A DNA stretch of 64,000 nt from Chloroflexota bacterium (lineage in GTDB: Bacteria; Chloroflexota; Dehalococcoidia; Bin125): contig VXQZ01000011.1 of the NCBI GenBank assembly GCA_009838735.1, forward strand, positions 17,601 through 81,600. The letters run 5' to 3'. A program made the position numbers and the translations under genes. The notes below the pieces were generated by a model. That model was not told the origin of the DNA. It worked only from the letters and a program-made list of their open reading frames with translations, and did not search any database. Positions 31,802 to 42,361 of this stretch are shown here, piece by piece (position 1 is the stretch's first letter; each line of letters begins with the position of its first letter).

Positions 31802-31879
31802 GGCTGCACGTCGGGCCAACGTCTGGCTAGAATGCCGCGTACAGCGACGTTTGCAGAGTTGCGCGCCGTGGAGTGAACG

Positions 31880-32809
31880 ATGCAGTTTGCCAACCTGCTC
31901 TTGGTTCGACTGTTGCAGACGGTCGTTGTGATCTGGGTGGTTGTCAGCATTGTCTTCGTCGTCTCACGCTTGATTGGCAATCCGGAAACCTCGTTGATGC
32001 CCTGGGACGCGACCAACGAGGATTACGAGCGCATCAGGGAGAAACTCGGCCTGAACGATCCCTTGATCGTGCAGTACGGGAAGTTCCTCGGCGACGCAGT
32101 CCAGGGCGATCTGGGTTTCTCCTATCACCGCACCGGACCAGCGATCGACATTGTGGCCGACAAGGTGCTGGGCACGGTCAAACTGACCGCAGCCGGACTG
32201 ATCGTGGCGCTGGGACTGGGCTTACCACTGGGGGTGCTTGCCGCGTTGCGGCGCGGCTCGCCGATGGATTGGCTGGCGCGCCTCGTTGCGGTCTTCGGGC
32301 AGGCGACGCCCAGCTTCTGGCTGGGCCTGATGCTGATTTTTTTCCTGGCAACCAAGGTCTCCTGGTTCCCGACCGCCGGCGCCGAAGGCTTCAGATCTCT
32401 CGTGTTGCCGGCGTTCGCGCTGGGTTTGCTCTCCGCTGCCGGGTTCATGCGTCTGACCCGTTCGGGGATGATCGACGTGATGAACACCGACTTCATTCGC
32501 ACGGCGCGCGCGAAGGGCCTCAATGAGCGCACAGTGATCATGCGTCACGGTCTGCGCCACGCTCTGATCCCGGTGATGACCATCCTGGGCATCGAACTCG
32601 GCCGACTGATCGCCGGCTCGGTGATCATCGAGGTGGTCTTCTCCTGGCCCGGAATCGGACGCTTAATGATCGAATCGATCCTGCAGTCGGATTACCCCAC
32701 GGTGCAGGCGGGCCTGGTCGTGATCGCAGCTTCGATCACGCTCGGCAACCTGATCGTTGATATGACGTATCGGGTCATCGACCCGAGAATCCGAATGGCG
32801 GCCCTCTGA
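31880..32809 (+). CDS. ABC transporter permease (DppB/OppB-like)
   Basis: 6 TM, EAA-like loop, N-terminal MQFANLLLVRLLQTVVVIWVVVSIVFVVSRL typical of peptide/nickel permeases. Confidence 0.8.
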   Translation: MQFANLLLVRLLQTVVVIWVVVSIVFVVSRLIGNPETSLMPWDATNEDYERIREKLGLNDPLIVQYGKFLGDAVQGDLGFSYHRTGPAIDIVADKVLGTVKLTAAGLIVALGLGLPLGVLAALRRGSPMDWLARLVAVFGQATPSFWLGLMLIFFLATKVSWFPTAGAEGFRSLVLPAFALGLLSAAGFMRLTRSGMIDVMNTDFIRTARAKGLNERTVIMRHGLRHALIPVMTILGIELGRLIAGSVIIEVVFSWPGIGRLMIESILQSDYPTVQAGLVVIAASITLGNLIVDMTYRVIDPRIRMAAL

Positions 32810-33705
32810 TGGCCGCTCACGCTGAAGCTGCGATCGAAATTGAAGCCAGAAGGAGTTGGGGGCGTTCCTACTTTACACGGCGCTATCTATTGGTCCTACC
32901 GCCGATGGTGATCATGGTGTTGTTTCTGATCGGCGGAATTTTCGCCGACGTGATCGCGCCGGGCGATCCGGGCCAGACCCACTTGCTCTCCAGGCTCGAA
33001 GCGCCGGTGTTCTCGGGAGGAACCAGCGAGTTCCCGCTTGGCACTGACCATGTCGGGCGTGACATCTGGACGCGGATCGTGCATGGCGCTCGGGTATCGC
33101 TGATCGTCGTGGCGATTGTGGTGCCCGGCGCGGCGTTGTTTGGCACAGCCGTCGGCATGTTCGCAGGCTGGCGCGGTGGGATCGTTGGCCAATTGTTGAT
33201 GCGCTATGTCGATGTCCAGTTGGCGCTGCCCGCCATCCTGTTTGCCGTACTGCTGGGCGCCGTGCTCGGTGCGTCGCTGAGAAATGTGATCATCATCCTG
33301 TTGGTCTGGACCTGGACGGTCTATGCCCGTCTGATCCGCGCGGAGGTGCTCTCGCTGAAGGAGCGGGAGTTCGTCGTCGCGTCGTTGGCAGCCGGCGGCA
33401 GCAACTGGTGGATCATGCGCAAGCAGCTTCTGCCCAACGTGTTCAACACGATCGTCGTGGTCATGACGCTCGAAATCCCGATCGTGATCGTGGCCGAGGC
33501 CTCGCTCAGCTTCCTCGGGGTGGGCGCGCCGGTCGAACAGGCCACCTGGGGACGGATGATCACGGAGGCCCGAAACTACCTCACGCACGCCTGGTGGGTC
33601 ATGTGGATGCCGGGTCTGGCGTTGATGCTGGTTGCCTTGAGCGGCAACCTGGTCGGCGACTGGTTACGTGACCTGCTTGATCCACGCCTGCGAAATCTGG
33701 GTTGA
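32809..33705 (+). CDS. ABC transporter permease (DppC/OppC-like)
   Basis: Start overlaps previous stop (ATGA-type coupling); 6 TM permease of binding-protein-dependent family. Confidence 0.8.
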   Translation: MAAHAEAAIEIEARRSWGRSYFTRRYLLVLPPMVIMVLFLIGGIFADVIAPGDPGQTHLLSRLEAPVFSGGTSEFPLGTDHVGRDIWTRIVHGARVSLIVVAIVVPGAALFGTAVGMFAGWRGGIVGQLLMRYVDVQLALPAILFAVLLGAVLGASLRNVIIILLVWTWTVYARLIRAEVLSLKEREFVVASLAAGGSNWWIMRKQLLPNVFNTIVVVMTLEIPIVIVAEASLSFLGVGAPVEQATWGRMITEARNYLTHAWWVMWMPGLALMLVALSGNLVGDWLRDLLDPRLRNLG

Positions 33706-33805
33706 CATAGCAGTCGGCCGGCGGACCAGATTGATTCGGTCGCTCGAAATTCACTAACCTACGGAGAATCTGCGGTCGCACGTACCCAGAAACGAAGGAG
33801 CAATC

Positions 33806-35746
33806 ATGAGCACACGCAACTATTGGAAGCGCATGTCGCGTCAGCGGTTGTCGCGGCGAACGCTGCTGCGGGCCTCGGCCCGGGCCGGCGTTGGCGCGAC
33901 AGGTCTGGCGCTGGTTGGCTGTGGCGACGACGATGACGACGCGCAGCAGGCTGTCGTCCAGGCCCAGCCGCAGGAGCAGCAAGAGCAGCCGCAACCGGCG
34001 GAACAGCCCCAGCAGCAGCAACAGCAGCAGCAGGCCATGCAGCAGGAGCAGGCCGAGCAGCAGGCTGAACAACAGGCCCAGCAGGTTGAACAGCAGGAGC
34101 AGCAGGCCGAGCAGGGCACTGTCGAAGCGATTGAGCGTGAAGAAGCCCAGCAGGACGTTGAAGCCGCCGAGCCCGAGGTCGACCTGGACGCGCATGTGCG
34201 CGTCGCGATTGGCCGCTACACCGCCGGTCTCGACCCGCAGCGCTCAGGTTCGCAGACCAACTACGTCAACGGCGCCTGCACCTTCGACTCTGGAATGTCC
34301 AACCATCCCGAGACGGCTGCCCTGGAGCCCAACCTGGTGCAGCTGCCGGAAATCGTCGACCCCACCAACGTGATCTTCCACGTCACGTCAGGTGTCGTGT
34401 TCCACGACGGCTCGCCGTACACGGCGCACGATCTGGCGTTCAACTTCGAGCGGGTCTCCTCGGCTGCCGAGTACCACCAGGGCGGCGAAACCAGCGACCA
34501 CCCGAACGAGTGGGCATCGGCGCGACAGGCCTTCGGCACCGACAACTTCGCCAGCTACAGCGTCATTGACGACCTCACCATGGCCGTCGAAACGCCGGCG
34601 CCGAACGCGTCACTGGCCGGCTCGATCATGTCCGGCGCGGTTCGCCACGTGTCCAAGAATTTCGTGGAGGAACACGGAGACGCGTACGTCGATGCCGTCT
34701 TCGCGATGGGCACGGGACCGTTCCGCTTCGTCGATTCTGACCCGGATGTCGGCGCCAACTGGACACGCAACGACGATTACCACAAGCCGCGCGACGGCCT
34801 GACCAACCCGCGGCTGCCCTGGTACAAGGACTTCGAAGTCCAGATTCGGCCCGAGCCGCTGGCCCAGATCGCGGGTATTGAGGCCGGCGAGATCGACGCC
34901 ATCTACAACCTCCCGACCGACGTGGTCGAGCCGTATCGCGACAACCCCAACTTCAAGGTGCTCTACCAGCCGTCCGGTCAGCCGACCCACTACATCATGT
35001 TCAACACGCATGACTCAGTGGCCGAGGTTGACGGCGTGCCCAACCCGTTCCTCGACATTCGCGTTCGCGAGGCCGCCAATCTCGCCATCAACCGGCAAGA
35101 GATTATCGACGGATTGCTAACCGGCTCCGAAGGCCCGGCCTTCGGTCCCTACCGCGGCACGATCGGTTACCCCGGCGAAGCCCTCGAATCGCGATACCAC
35201 GGCTACGACCCCGAGCGGGCCAAAGCATTGCTCGAAGAGGCCGGTTATCCGGACGGACTCGATGTCGACCTGCACATCGTCACCGACTTCCAGCCAATCG
35301 TGCCGATCATGGCGCTGCCGGTCCAGGAGTACCTGGAGGCCGTCGGCATCCGCACCACGATCAAGGAGTACCTGAGCTCGGAGTACTTCCGCACGGTGCG
35401 CACATTCGAATTACCGGGCATGTTCTGGTTCTTCACGAACACCATTGCCGAGCCGGAAACGGTAATCGGTTCTGGCGTCACCGAGAGCGGCTTCTACGCC
35501 GTCAGCGTGTACCCGGAAACCGAGATCGAAGAACTGTACCAGGCCCAGAATCAGGCCCTCGATCCGGCCGAGCGCGCTCGCTTGCTCGCAGAGCTCTACA
35601 TCACGTTCTACGACAACTACTCCTGGTTGTTCCTGACCGAGGTGTCGGCGGCAACGATGACGGCCGCCAACGTCAACTGGCCGGTCGGCTCCGCCGAGCT
35701 GCGCGGCGAAGGAACGTTGTCCGCGATCCAGAAGCTCAAGACCTAA
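33806..35746 (+). CDS. ABC transporter substrate-binding protein, family 5 (peptide/nickel), Tat signal and Gln/Glu-rich linker
   Basis: SRRTLLRASARAGVGATGLALVGC twin-arginine signal with lipobox; 646 aa; low-complexity Q/E stretch aa ~44-128. Confidence 0.8.
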   Translation: MSTRNYWKRMSRQRLSRRTLLRASARAGVGATGLALVGCGDDDDDAQQAVVQAQPQEQQEQPQPAEQPQQQQQQQQAMQQEQAEQQAEQQAQQVEQQEQQAEQGTVEAIEREEAQQDVEAAEPEVDLDAHVRVAIGRYTAGLDPQRSGSQTNYVNGACTFDSGMSNHPETAALEPNLVQLPEIVDPTNVIFHVTSGVVFHDGSPYTAHDLAFNFERVSSAAEYHQGGETSDHPNEWASARQAFGTDNFASYSVIDDLTMAVETPAPNASLAGSIMSGAVRHVSKNFVEEHGDAYVDAVFAMGTGPFRFVDSDPDVGANWTRNDDYHKPRDGLTNPRLPWYKDFEVQIRPEPLAQIAGIEAGEIDAIYNLPTDVVEPYRDNPNFKVLYQPSGQPTHYIMFNTHDSVAEVDGVPNPFLDIRVREAANLAINRQEIIDGLLTGSEGPAFGPYRGTIGYPGEALESRYHGYDPERAKALLEEAGYPDGLDVDLHIVTDFQPIVPIMALPVQEYLEAVGIRTTIKEYLSSEYFRTVRTFELPGMFWFFTNTIAEPETVIGSGVTESGFYAVSVYPETEIEELYQAQNQALDPAERARLLAELYITFYDNYSWLFLTEVSAATMTAANVNWPVGSAELRGEGTLSAIQKLKT

Positions 35747-35771
35747 GACGTCCCCAGGGACGAGAACGACT

Positions 35772-35809
35772 CCGAGCGGGGCCGGACAGTTGTCCGCCAC
35801 CCCGCTCGG
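35772..35809 (+). terminator. long nested GC hairpin (CCGAGCGGGG...CCCCGCTCGG) after ABC SBP gene
   Basis: 10-bp outer stem plus inner CGGACA/TGTCCG stem; no U-tract. Confidence 0.4.
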
Positions 35810-35862
35810 AGCCGTTAACCTTCGAACAAAGCCGAACAGCAGCGAACGCCACGAGAGCGCCC

Positions 35863-36834
35863 ATGCCGACCCTGACCGCCGAACAGCTTGACCACTTCGA
35901 AACATTCGGATTCCTCGCGGTCGACGAGGTCTTCGACCCCGCCGAAGTGATCAATCCCGTGATGGACGAGTATGCGGACGTGCTGGATGTGCTCGCCAAC
36001 GATCTCCACGCACAGGGCGCAATCTTGGACACCTACGCCGGGCTGCCGTTTGGTGAGCGAGTCTCGAAGGTATACGTCGAGTCTCAGAAGGTGCATGCGC
36101 AGTACTTCGATTTCTCCCTGCCGCAGAAGGGGATCAAGGCAGACACCCCGTTCTGGGCAGGGCCGGCCGTGTTCGACGCGCTGACCAATCCCAGTCTGCT
36201 CGACACGGTTGAGTGTTTCGTCGGGCCTGAGATCTACTCGAATCCGGTGCAGCACGTGCGGGTCAAGGTGCCCGAGTCGATCGCGCCGCGCGACGCCGAC
36301 GGCAACGTAATCTACGGCGCCACTCCCTGGCACCAGGACTCCGGCGTGATCAATGCCTCGGCCGACGACACCGACATGCTCACGGTCTGGTTCCCGCTGA
36401 TGGACACCGACGTCGAGAACGGCTGCTTGCAGGTGATTCCCGGCTCGCACCGGGGCGAGGTGCTGACCCACTGCGGCGGCGTGCAGGGACTGAACATTCC
36501 GTCCACGATCCTGCCCGGCGAAGACAGCGCCCGAGCCGTCCCGCTGCCGGCCGGCGGTTGCTTGTTCCTGCATCGCAAGACGATCCACGCCGCGCTGCCC
36601 AACCTCAGCGACCGCATCCGCTGGAGCTTCGACCTTCGCTACCACCCGCCCGGCCAGCCGACCGGTCGTGAAGCCTTCCCTGGCTTCGTTGCCCGAAGTC
36701 AGCAAGACCCCGACGCGGTCCTCGCCGACGCCGCGAAGTGGCGTCAGATGTGGCTCGACGCTCGAACCGCCCTCGCCGAGGAACCTGACCCGCAGTACAA
36801 CCGCTGGGACCTCGACGACGAGGCCTGCGCCTAG
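35863..36834 (+). CDS. phytanoyl-CoA dioxygenase (PhyH) family Fe(II)/2-oxoglutarate oxygenase
   Basis: N-terminal LTAEQLDHFETFGFLAV and HQDSG...H iron-binding pattern typical of PhyH family. Confidence 0.7.
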   Translation: MPTLTAEQLDHFETFGFLAVDEVFDPAEVINPVMDEYADVLDVLANDLHAQGAILDTYAGLPFGERVSKVYVESQKVHAQYFDFSLPQKGIKADTPFWAGPAVFDALTNPSLLDTVECFVGPEIYSNPVQHVRVKVPESIAPRDADGNVIYGATPWHQDSGVINASADDTDMLTVWFPLMDTDVENGCLQVIPGSHRGEVLTHCGGVQGLNIPSTILPGEDSARAVPLPAGGCLFLHRKTIHAALPNLSDRIRWSFDLRYHPPGQPTGREAFPGFVARSQQDPDAVLADAAKWRQMWLDARTALAEEPDPQYNRWDLDDEACA

Positions 36835-36855
36835 CGCTTCCGGTCTGACGGAGTC

Positions 36856-38151
36856 GTGAAGTCCGAAGTGGAACTGCTCGAATCCGCCCGTCGATTCTCG
36901 TTCGGCGGCCGCATGGACAAGTCTGGTTCCGGCCCGATTTTCGTACGCGGCTCAGGCTCAGAGGTCGAGGACGTCAACGGCAAGACGTACCTCGATTTCA
37001 ATTCCGGCCAGATGTGCGCCTGGTTAGGTCACAACCACCCGGCCATCGTCGAGGCCGTCGCCGATGCCTGCGACACGCTGATTCATGCGCATAGCAGCTA
37101 CTACAACGACAAGGAGATCGAACTCGCCGAACGGCTTGGCAAGCTCCTACCCGACCCGTTGCAGATGAGCATGTTCTTGCAGTCGGGCGCCGACGCCAAC
37201 GAGGCGGCCATCAACATCGCCAGGAAGTACACCGGCGGCATCGAGATTGTCAGTCCCCACACTTCGTTCCACGGCATGTCGGATACCACTAGATCATTGA
37301 CATTCGCTGGTTGGCATCGAGGCTATGGTCCGCCGCAGCCCGGGCTGATGGCGATGCTCGCGCCCTATTGCTACCGCTGTCCGATCAACCTTGAGCCCGA
37401 GACTTGCGAGTTGGCCTGCCTCGACGCATCGTTTGAGCTGATTGACGCCCAGACAACGTCACGTCCGGCCGCTGTGCTGACCGAGCCGATTTTCTCGGCG
37501 GGCGGCGTAATCGAGCCGCCAATCGGTTGGCTGCCAGAGCTCAAGCGCCGCTGCGAGGAACGCGGCATGCTGCTCATCCTCGACGAGGAGCAGACCGGCC
37601 TGGGCAAGACCGGCGACACATTTGCCTTCGAGCATGAAGGCGTCGTCCCCGACATCATCACCCTGGCCAAACACTTCGGCGGCGGCATTTGCATCTCCTC
37701 GGTCACAACCTCCGCCGAGATCGAGCAGCGGGTCGTGGCGGATGAATTCATCGTCACGCATTCGCACTCGAACGACCCTCTCGCCTGCGCCGCTGGTAGC
37801 GCGACGCTCGATGTGCTCGAAGAGGAGGATCTCGCGGCTCAGGCGCGGGGTTTGGGCAGCTACCTGAAGTCGAAGCTCCACGAGCTGGCGGAACGATTCG
37901 AGATCATCGGTGACATCCGTGGCCGCGGCCTGTTGCAGGGCATCGAACTCGTTCGGGACCGCCAGACCAGGGAACCAGCGACGACCGAAGGCAAGGCAAT
38001 CACCGAGCGTTGCCTGCAGAACGGGCTCATCTTCAGCGTCCGACGAGAAGGCTCAGTCCTTCGCTTTGTCCCACCGGCGAGCACGACTGAGGATCAGATT
38101 GACCAAGCGTTGGATATCCTCGCGGATGCGCTCGAGGAGGCGTCCCGTTAA
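36856..38151 (+). CDS. class III pyridoxal-phosphate aminotransferase
   Basis: GKTYLDFNSGQMCAWLGHNHP, PLP-lysine region EEQTGLGKTGDTFAFEHEGVVPDIITLAKHFGGG; GTG start. Confidence 0.85.
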   Translation: MKSEVELLESARRFSFGGRMDKSGSGPIFVRGSGSEVEDVNGKTYLDFNSGQMCAWLGHNHPAIVEAVADACDTLIHAHSSYYNDKEIELAERLGKLLPDPLQMSMFLQSGADANEAAINIARKYTGGIEIVSPHTSFHGMSDTTRSLTFAGWHRGYGPPQPGLMAMLAPYCYRCPINLEPETCELACLDASFELIDAQTTSRPAAVLTEPIFSAGGVIEPPIGWLPELKRRCEERGMLLILDEEQTGLGKTGDTFAFEHEGVVPDIITLAKHFGGGICISSVTTSAEIEQRVVADEFIVTHSHSNDPLACAAGSATLDVLEEEDLAAQARGLGSYLKSKLHELAERFEIIGDIRGRGLLQGIELVRDRQTREPATTEGKAITERCLQNGLIFSVRREGSVLRFVPPASTTEDQIDQALDILADALEEASR

Positions 38152-39197
38152 CCATTCGGCGCGCAGGCGCGCATGACCGCTCTGACTGCGTCCAACCCCG
38201 GCCGCGCTGCAACGACCCGCACAATCGCAGTGTCCAGACCTTCGGCCAATGCCTCAAACGCGGCCTTCGCCGCCGAGGCGTTGCCGTAGTAGCCGACTCT
38301 GGTGAGCAGCTCCTCCGACGCCGCTGCTGCGACATCATCAGCTGAGGCCCCGCTGCGGCGCATGTCGTCGAGGGAGGCCAACTCGTCGGTAAAACCCATC
38401 CGCTCGAAGTGGGCGCGGTACGCGAACTTGCGCAAACGCGCCGATGCCACGTCCTGTCCCAGCGCGTAGCCGAGCATCGACCTGGCATATGACATTCGCG
38501 CGGTCTCAACGTCGTCATCGACGCAGATGCGGATGTATTCAACGAGCTGGACGTCCTCGGGTCGCTTGCCGGCTTTGGCCGCGCCTTCGTTCAACCGGTC
38601 GCGGCTCCAGCTGACGCGCTCGGGGTCACACCAATTGAGTACCGCGCCGTCTCCGACCTCCGCGCCCAGCTGGATCATCTGCGGTCCCAGGGCGCCGACC
38701 AGTACCGGCGTCGGCGGCGGACGGAAGCCGAGTTGTACACCGTCGTATTGCACGGCCTCGCCCTGGATCGTGACCGATTCGCCGGACAAGAGGCCCTTCA
38801 CTGCCGCCGTGTACTCGCGCATTACGCCGAGAGTCGAGCGGCGCGGCAACCCGAGTTGCCGGCGCGCATCCGCCCGGTAGATTCCGCCCGAGCCGATCCC
38901 CAGTGAAAACTTGCCGCCGCTCATCGCAGACACCGTCCCAGCCGACATCGCAAACGCGACTGGCGAGCGGTAGGCGATCGGGCAGACGCCGATCCCGGTG
39001 GCTAGTCCGCTGGCCTGGTCGCGCATCGCGCACAGGTGGAACGAATCGAGCCCAGCGCCTTCGGGCGTCCAGAGCGACTGGTAACCCAGATCCGCCGCCT
39101 CACGCGCGAGCGTCTGCTGATCCTCGAATGTCATCCCCAGTGAGAAGTCCAGTCCCAGCCCGATCTGCCCGATTGCCATCGCGAGCCGCCTTATCAT
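38148..39197 (-). CDS. LLM-class F420-dependent oxidoreductase
   Basis: 349 aa TIM-barrel LLM family (GLDFSLGMTFEDQQTLAREAADLGYQSLWTPE); stop overlaps aminotransferase stop region. Confidence 0.75.
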   Translation of the reverse strand: MIRRLAMAIGQIGLGLDFSLGMTFEDQQTLAREAADLGYQSLWTPEGAGLDSFHLCAMRDQASGLATGIGVCPIAYRSPVAFAMSAGTVSAMSGGKFSLGIGSGGIYRADARRQLGLPRRSTLGVMREYTAAVKGLLSGESVTIQGEAVQYDGVQLGFRPPPTPVLVGALGPQMIQLGAEVGDGAVLNWCDPERVSWSRDRLNEGAAKAGKRPEDVQLVEYIRICVDDDVETARMSYARSMLGYALGQDVASARLRKFAYRAHFERMGFTDELASLDDMRRSGASADDVAAAASEELLTRVGYYGNASAAKAAFEALAEGLDTAIVRVVAARPGLDAVRAVMRACAPNG

Positions 39198-39268
39198 GAC
39201 TGCCAGTCTGCCAGCGCAGGCTATCGCTCACACCGACGAATCAGAAATCGTCCGGAAAGGACGAAGCA

Positions 39269-40807
39269 ATGCCACCTATCGTCACTACCAAGTACGGCCG
39301 GCTCCAGGGACAGACCGAGGACGACCTACACGTTTTCCGCGGCATCCCCTTCGCCGCACCGCCGGTCGGCGAACTGCGGTTCCGCGCGCCGCGACCTCCC
39401 GAGCCCTGGGACGGCGTCAAGGAAGCGAACGAGGTCGGGCCCGGCTCAATGCAGACGTTCATGTCCGGGCTCGAGCTGCTCGGCGCCTGGGAGATGCCGG
39501 TCGACGAAGACTGCCTCTCGCTCAATATCTGGACGCCCGGTCTGGACGACGCCAACCGTCCGGTCATGTTCTGGATCCACGGCGGCGGATTCTCCGGCGG
39601 TTCGGGCGCGACGCCGATCTATGACGGGCAGCACCTGGCCCGCCGCGGCGACGTGGTCGTGGTCACGATCAACTACCGACTCGGAGCATTGGGTTACCTC
39701 TACAACCAGGCCCTGACCGACGGCGACGATCCGCAGTCCGGAAACTATGGCATGCGTGACCAGGTCGCGGCGCTGCAGTGGGTGCGCGACCACATCAGCG
39801 AGTTCGGCGGCGACCCCAACAACGTCACGATCTTTGGTGAGTCGGCCGGCGGCATGAGCGTCGGCGTGCTGATGGGCGCTGCCGAAGCGGAGGGACTGTT
39901 TCACCGGGCCATCCCGCAGTCGGGCGCCGGACATCACTCGCTGCCGACCGACATCGCTGAGGAAGTCTGCCGCCGCTATTGCGCCGTCCTTGAGGTCAGT
40001 CCCGACGACGCCGATTCCCTGCGCAGCATTCCGGCGCAGGACATGCTCGACGCGCAAAACGCACTGATGGCCGACCCTGCAACCAATGCGCTGACCGGCC
40101 GATACCTGATGGCCTTCTCGCCGGTCGTCGAAGGCGGATTCCTCGAGACCCTGCCCATCGAGGCCGTCCGCAATGGTCGAAGCAGGGATGTCGATCTGCT
40201 CTGTGGAACGATCGAGGACGAGTGGACACTGCTGGCGGCGCTCCAGGGCGTCAACGAGATGGATGAAGCCAGCGCCAGGGGCGCTCTGACTGTGACGGCG
40301 GGCGACGCCGATGTTGCGAACGATCTCTACGATCACTATCGAGACGCCCGAGCTGCTCGCGGGGACGGTTCGGACCCGCTGACGGTGTACGACTCGGTGA
40401 TGACCGACTACGTCTTCCGCATTCCTTCGGATCGTCTGCTGGACGCGCACAGCGCACTCGAGGGCTCGGGCAAAACGTTTGCCTACATGTTCAACCAGCA
40501 GTCGCCGGCGATGGACGGTCGACTGCGCGCGCCGCATGCGATCGACATTCCGTTCGTCTGGGGCACCGGCGACCAGATGCGACCCTTCATTGGCGACGAT
40601 CCACAAACTGATCAGCTCTCGGGCTTCGCCATGGACGCCTGGATCAGCTTCGCTCGCAGCGGAAATCCAACCACGAACGCGCTCCCCGGCTGGCCTCAGT
40701 ACCGAGCCGACCAGCGCTACACGATGGCCCTCGGCCCCGACGTCAAGACTGTCCGCGAAGACCGAGAGGTTGAGCGGGAGATCTGGAGTTCAGACCTGCT
40801 CGAGTAG
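39269..40807 (+). CDS. carboxylesterase type B (para-nitrobenzyl esterase-like), copy 1
   Basis: GESAGG nucleophile elbow (FGESAGGMSV), EDCLSLNIWTP, 512 aa. Confidence 0.85.
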   Translation: MPPIVTTKYGRLQGQTEDDLHVFRGIPFAAPPVGELRFRAPRPPEPWDGVKEANEVGPGSMQTFMSGLELLGAWEMPVDEDCLSLNIWTPGLDDANRPVMFWIHGGGFSGGSGATPIYDGQHLARRGDVVVVTINYRLGALGYLYNQALTDGDDPQSGNYGMRDQVAALQWVRDHISEFGGDPNNVTIFGESAGGMSVGVLMGAAEAEGLFHRAIPQSGAGHHSLPTDIAEEVCRRYCAVLEVSPDDADSLRSIPAQDMLDAQNALMADPATNALTGRYLMAFSPVVEGGFLETLPIEAVRNGRSRDVDLLCGTIEDEWTLLAALQGVNEMDEASARGALTVTAGDADVANDLYDHYRDARAARGDGSDPLTVYDSVMTDYVFRIPSDRLLDAHSALEGSGKTFAYMFNQQSPAMDGRLRAPHAIDIPFVWGTGDQMRPFIGDDPQTDQLSGFAMDAWISFARSGNPTTNALPGWPQYRADQRYTMALGPDVKTVREDREVEREIWSSDLLE

Positions 40808-40816
40808 GAGCATCTC

Positions 40817-42352
40817 ATGCCCGGGAATCCGACAACCGTCCAGACGCAACGGGGACAACTGCGTGGGCAAGCCGAAGGCGGTGTACACGTGTTCCGCGGT
40901 GTGCCCTACTCGCAGCCGCCGGTGGGCGAACTTCGCTGGCGTCGGCCGCAGCCGCTCGAGCCGTGGGATGGCGTCCGCGATGCTCTGGAGTTCGGGCCGG
41001 TCTCGATCCAGCCGCCCCGTCCGGCGGCCGGGCCATTCGCGGGAATCATGGGACACAGCCAGGAGCGGACCTCGGAAGACTGCCTCTACCTCAACGTCTG
41101 GACGCCCGGGCTCGACGATCGCCGGCGGCCCGTCATGGTCTGGATCCACGGAGGCGGACTGAGCAGCGGATCGGGGTCGTCACCGGCCTACGACGGCGCG
41201 CCGCTTGCCGCTCGTGGCGACGTGGTGATCGCGACGATCAACTACCGCCTGGGAGCGCTTGGCTTCCTACCCGATCCGGTGCTTGCCGACGGGGAAGAGA
41301 CCGAGGGAAACTTCGGTTTCCACGACATGCTCGCCGCGCTCCGCTGGGTTCAAGACGAAATCGCCGGATTCGGCGGAGACCCCTCCAATGTCACGATCTT
41401 CGGCGAGTCGGCGGGCGGCATCGCCGTCGGAATTCTGCTCGCATCGCCGCTTGCAGGAGGCCTCTTTCACCACGCGATCATCCAGAGCGGCGCAGCCGAC
41501 CGGCTCCACTCGCGCGACTCGGTCCGCGAGATGCTGCCCTTCTACTACCGCGAACTCGGGCTCGAGCAACCGTCGGCCGAGGACTTGCGCAGCTTGTCGG
41601 TCGAGGAGATTCTGACTGCACAGACTGTGCTGGCGGCGGCCGACCCGGCGATCAATCCCGCTGCTGGTCTGCATGGGCTGTTCAATGCCGTGATCGAGGA
41701 CGATTTCCTCGACGCCATGCCGATCGACGCTGTGAACGAGGGTCGCGGTGGCAACGTTGATCTGCTCGCCGGGACGATGCGCAATGAGTTCACGTTGCTG
41801 TCGGCCATGTCCGGGCTAGACGACATGAACGAGGAACGGGCACTGGAGTTGTTGGCGCCGCTGGTCGGCGGGAGCGAACGCGCCGGCGAATGCTACGAGA
41901 CATACCAGTTGCTTCGCATCCAGCGCGGAGAGACGACCGACCCCCTGGCGATCTACAACGCGGTGATGACCGATCGCCAGTACCGAGGCTCAACTCGACG
42001 ACTGCTCGATGCGCGGGAGCGCGCCTCGGGTGGCACGTATTCGTATCTGGTGGAACAGCAGTCGCCCATGTTCGAGGGACGACTGGAGTCGCCGCACGCA
42101 CTCGATGTGCCCTTGATCTGGGGAACGAACGAATTGATGCGCGACTTCGTCGGCGACGATCCACAGGTCGACCAGCTCAGCGGCTTCATGATGGACGCCT
42201 GGATCAACTTCGCTCGCAGCGGAAATCCGACCACGAACGCCCTGCCTGGCTGGCCCCAGTACCGAGCCGACCGGCCCTACACGATGGTCTTCGGCCCCGA
42301 TGTGCGAACCGTCACCGAGGAACGAGACGAAGAACTCGCCCTCTGGCGCTGA
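40817..42352 (+). CDS. carboxylesterase type B, copy 2 (tandem paralog)
   Basis: FGESAGGIAV, EDCLYLNVWTP; collinear with copy 1 throughout. Confidence 0.85.
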   Translation: MPGNPTTVQTQRGQLRGQAEGGVHVFRGVPYSQPPVGELRWRRPQPLEPWDGVRDALEFGPVSIQPPRPAAGPFAGIMGHSQERTSEDCLYLNVWTPGLDDRRRPVMVWIHGGGLSSGSGSSPAYDGAPLAARGDVVIATINYRLGALGFLPDPVLADGEETEGNFGFHDMLAALRWVQDEIAGFGGDPSNVTIFGESAGGIAVGILLASPLAGGLFHHAIIQSGAADRLHSRDSVREMLPFYYRELGLEQPSAEDLRSLSVEEILTAQTVLAAADPAINPAAGLHGLFNAVIEDDFLDAMPIDAVNEGRGGNVDLLAGTMRNEFTLLSAMSGLDDMNEERALELLAPLVGGSERAGECYETYQLLRIQRGETTDPLAIYNAVMTDRQYRGSTRRLLDARERASGGTYSYLVEQQSPMFEGRLESPHALDVPLIWGTNELMRDFVGDDPQVDQLSGFMMDAWINFARSGNPTTNALPGWPQYRADRPYTMVFGPDVRTVTEERDEELALWR

Positions 42353-42361
42353 TACTCGTGA

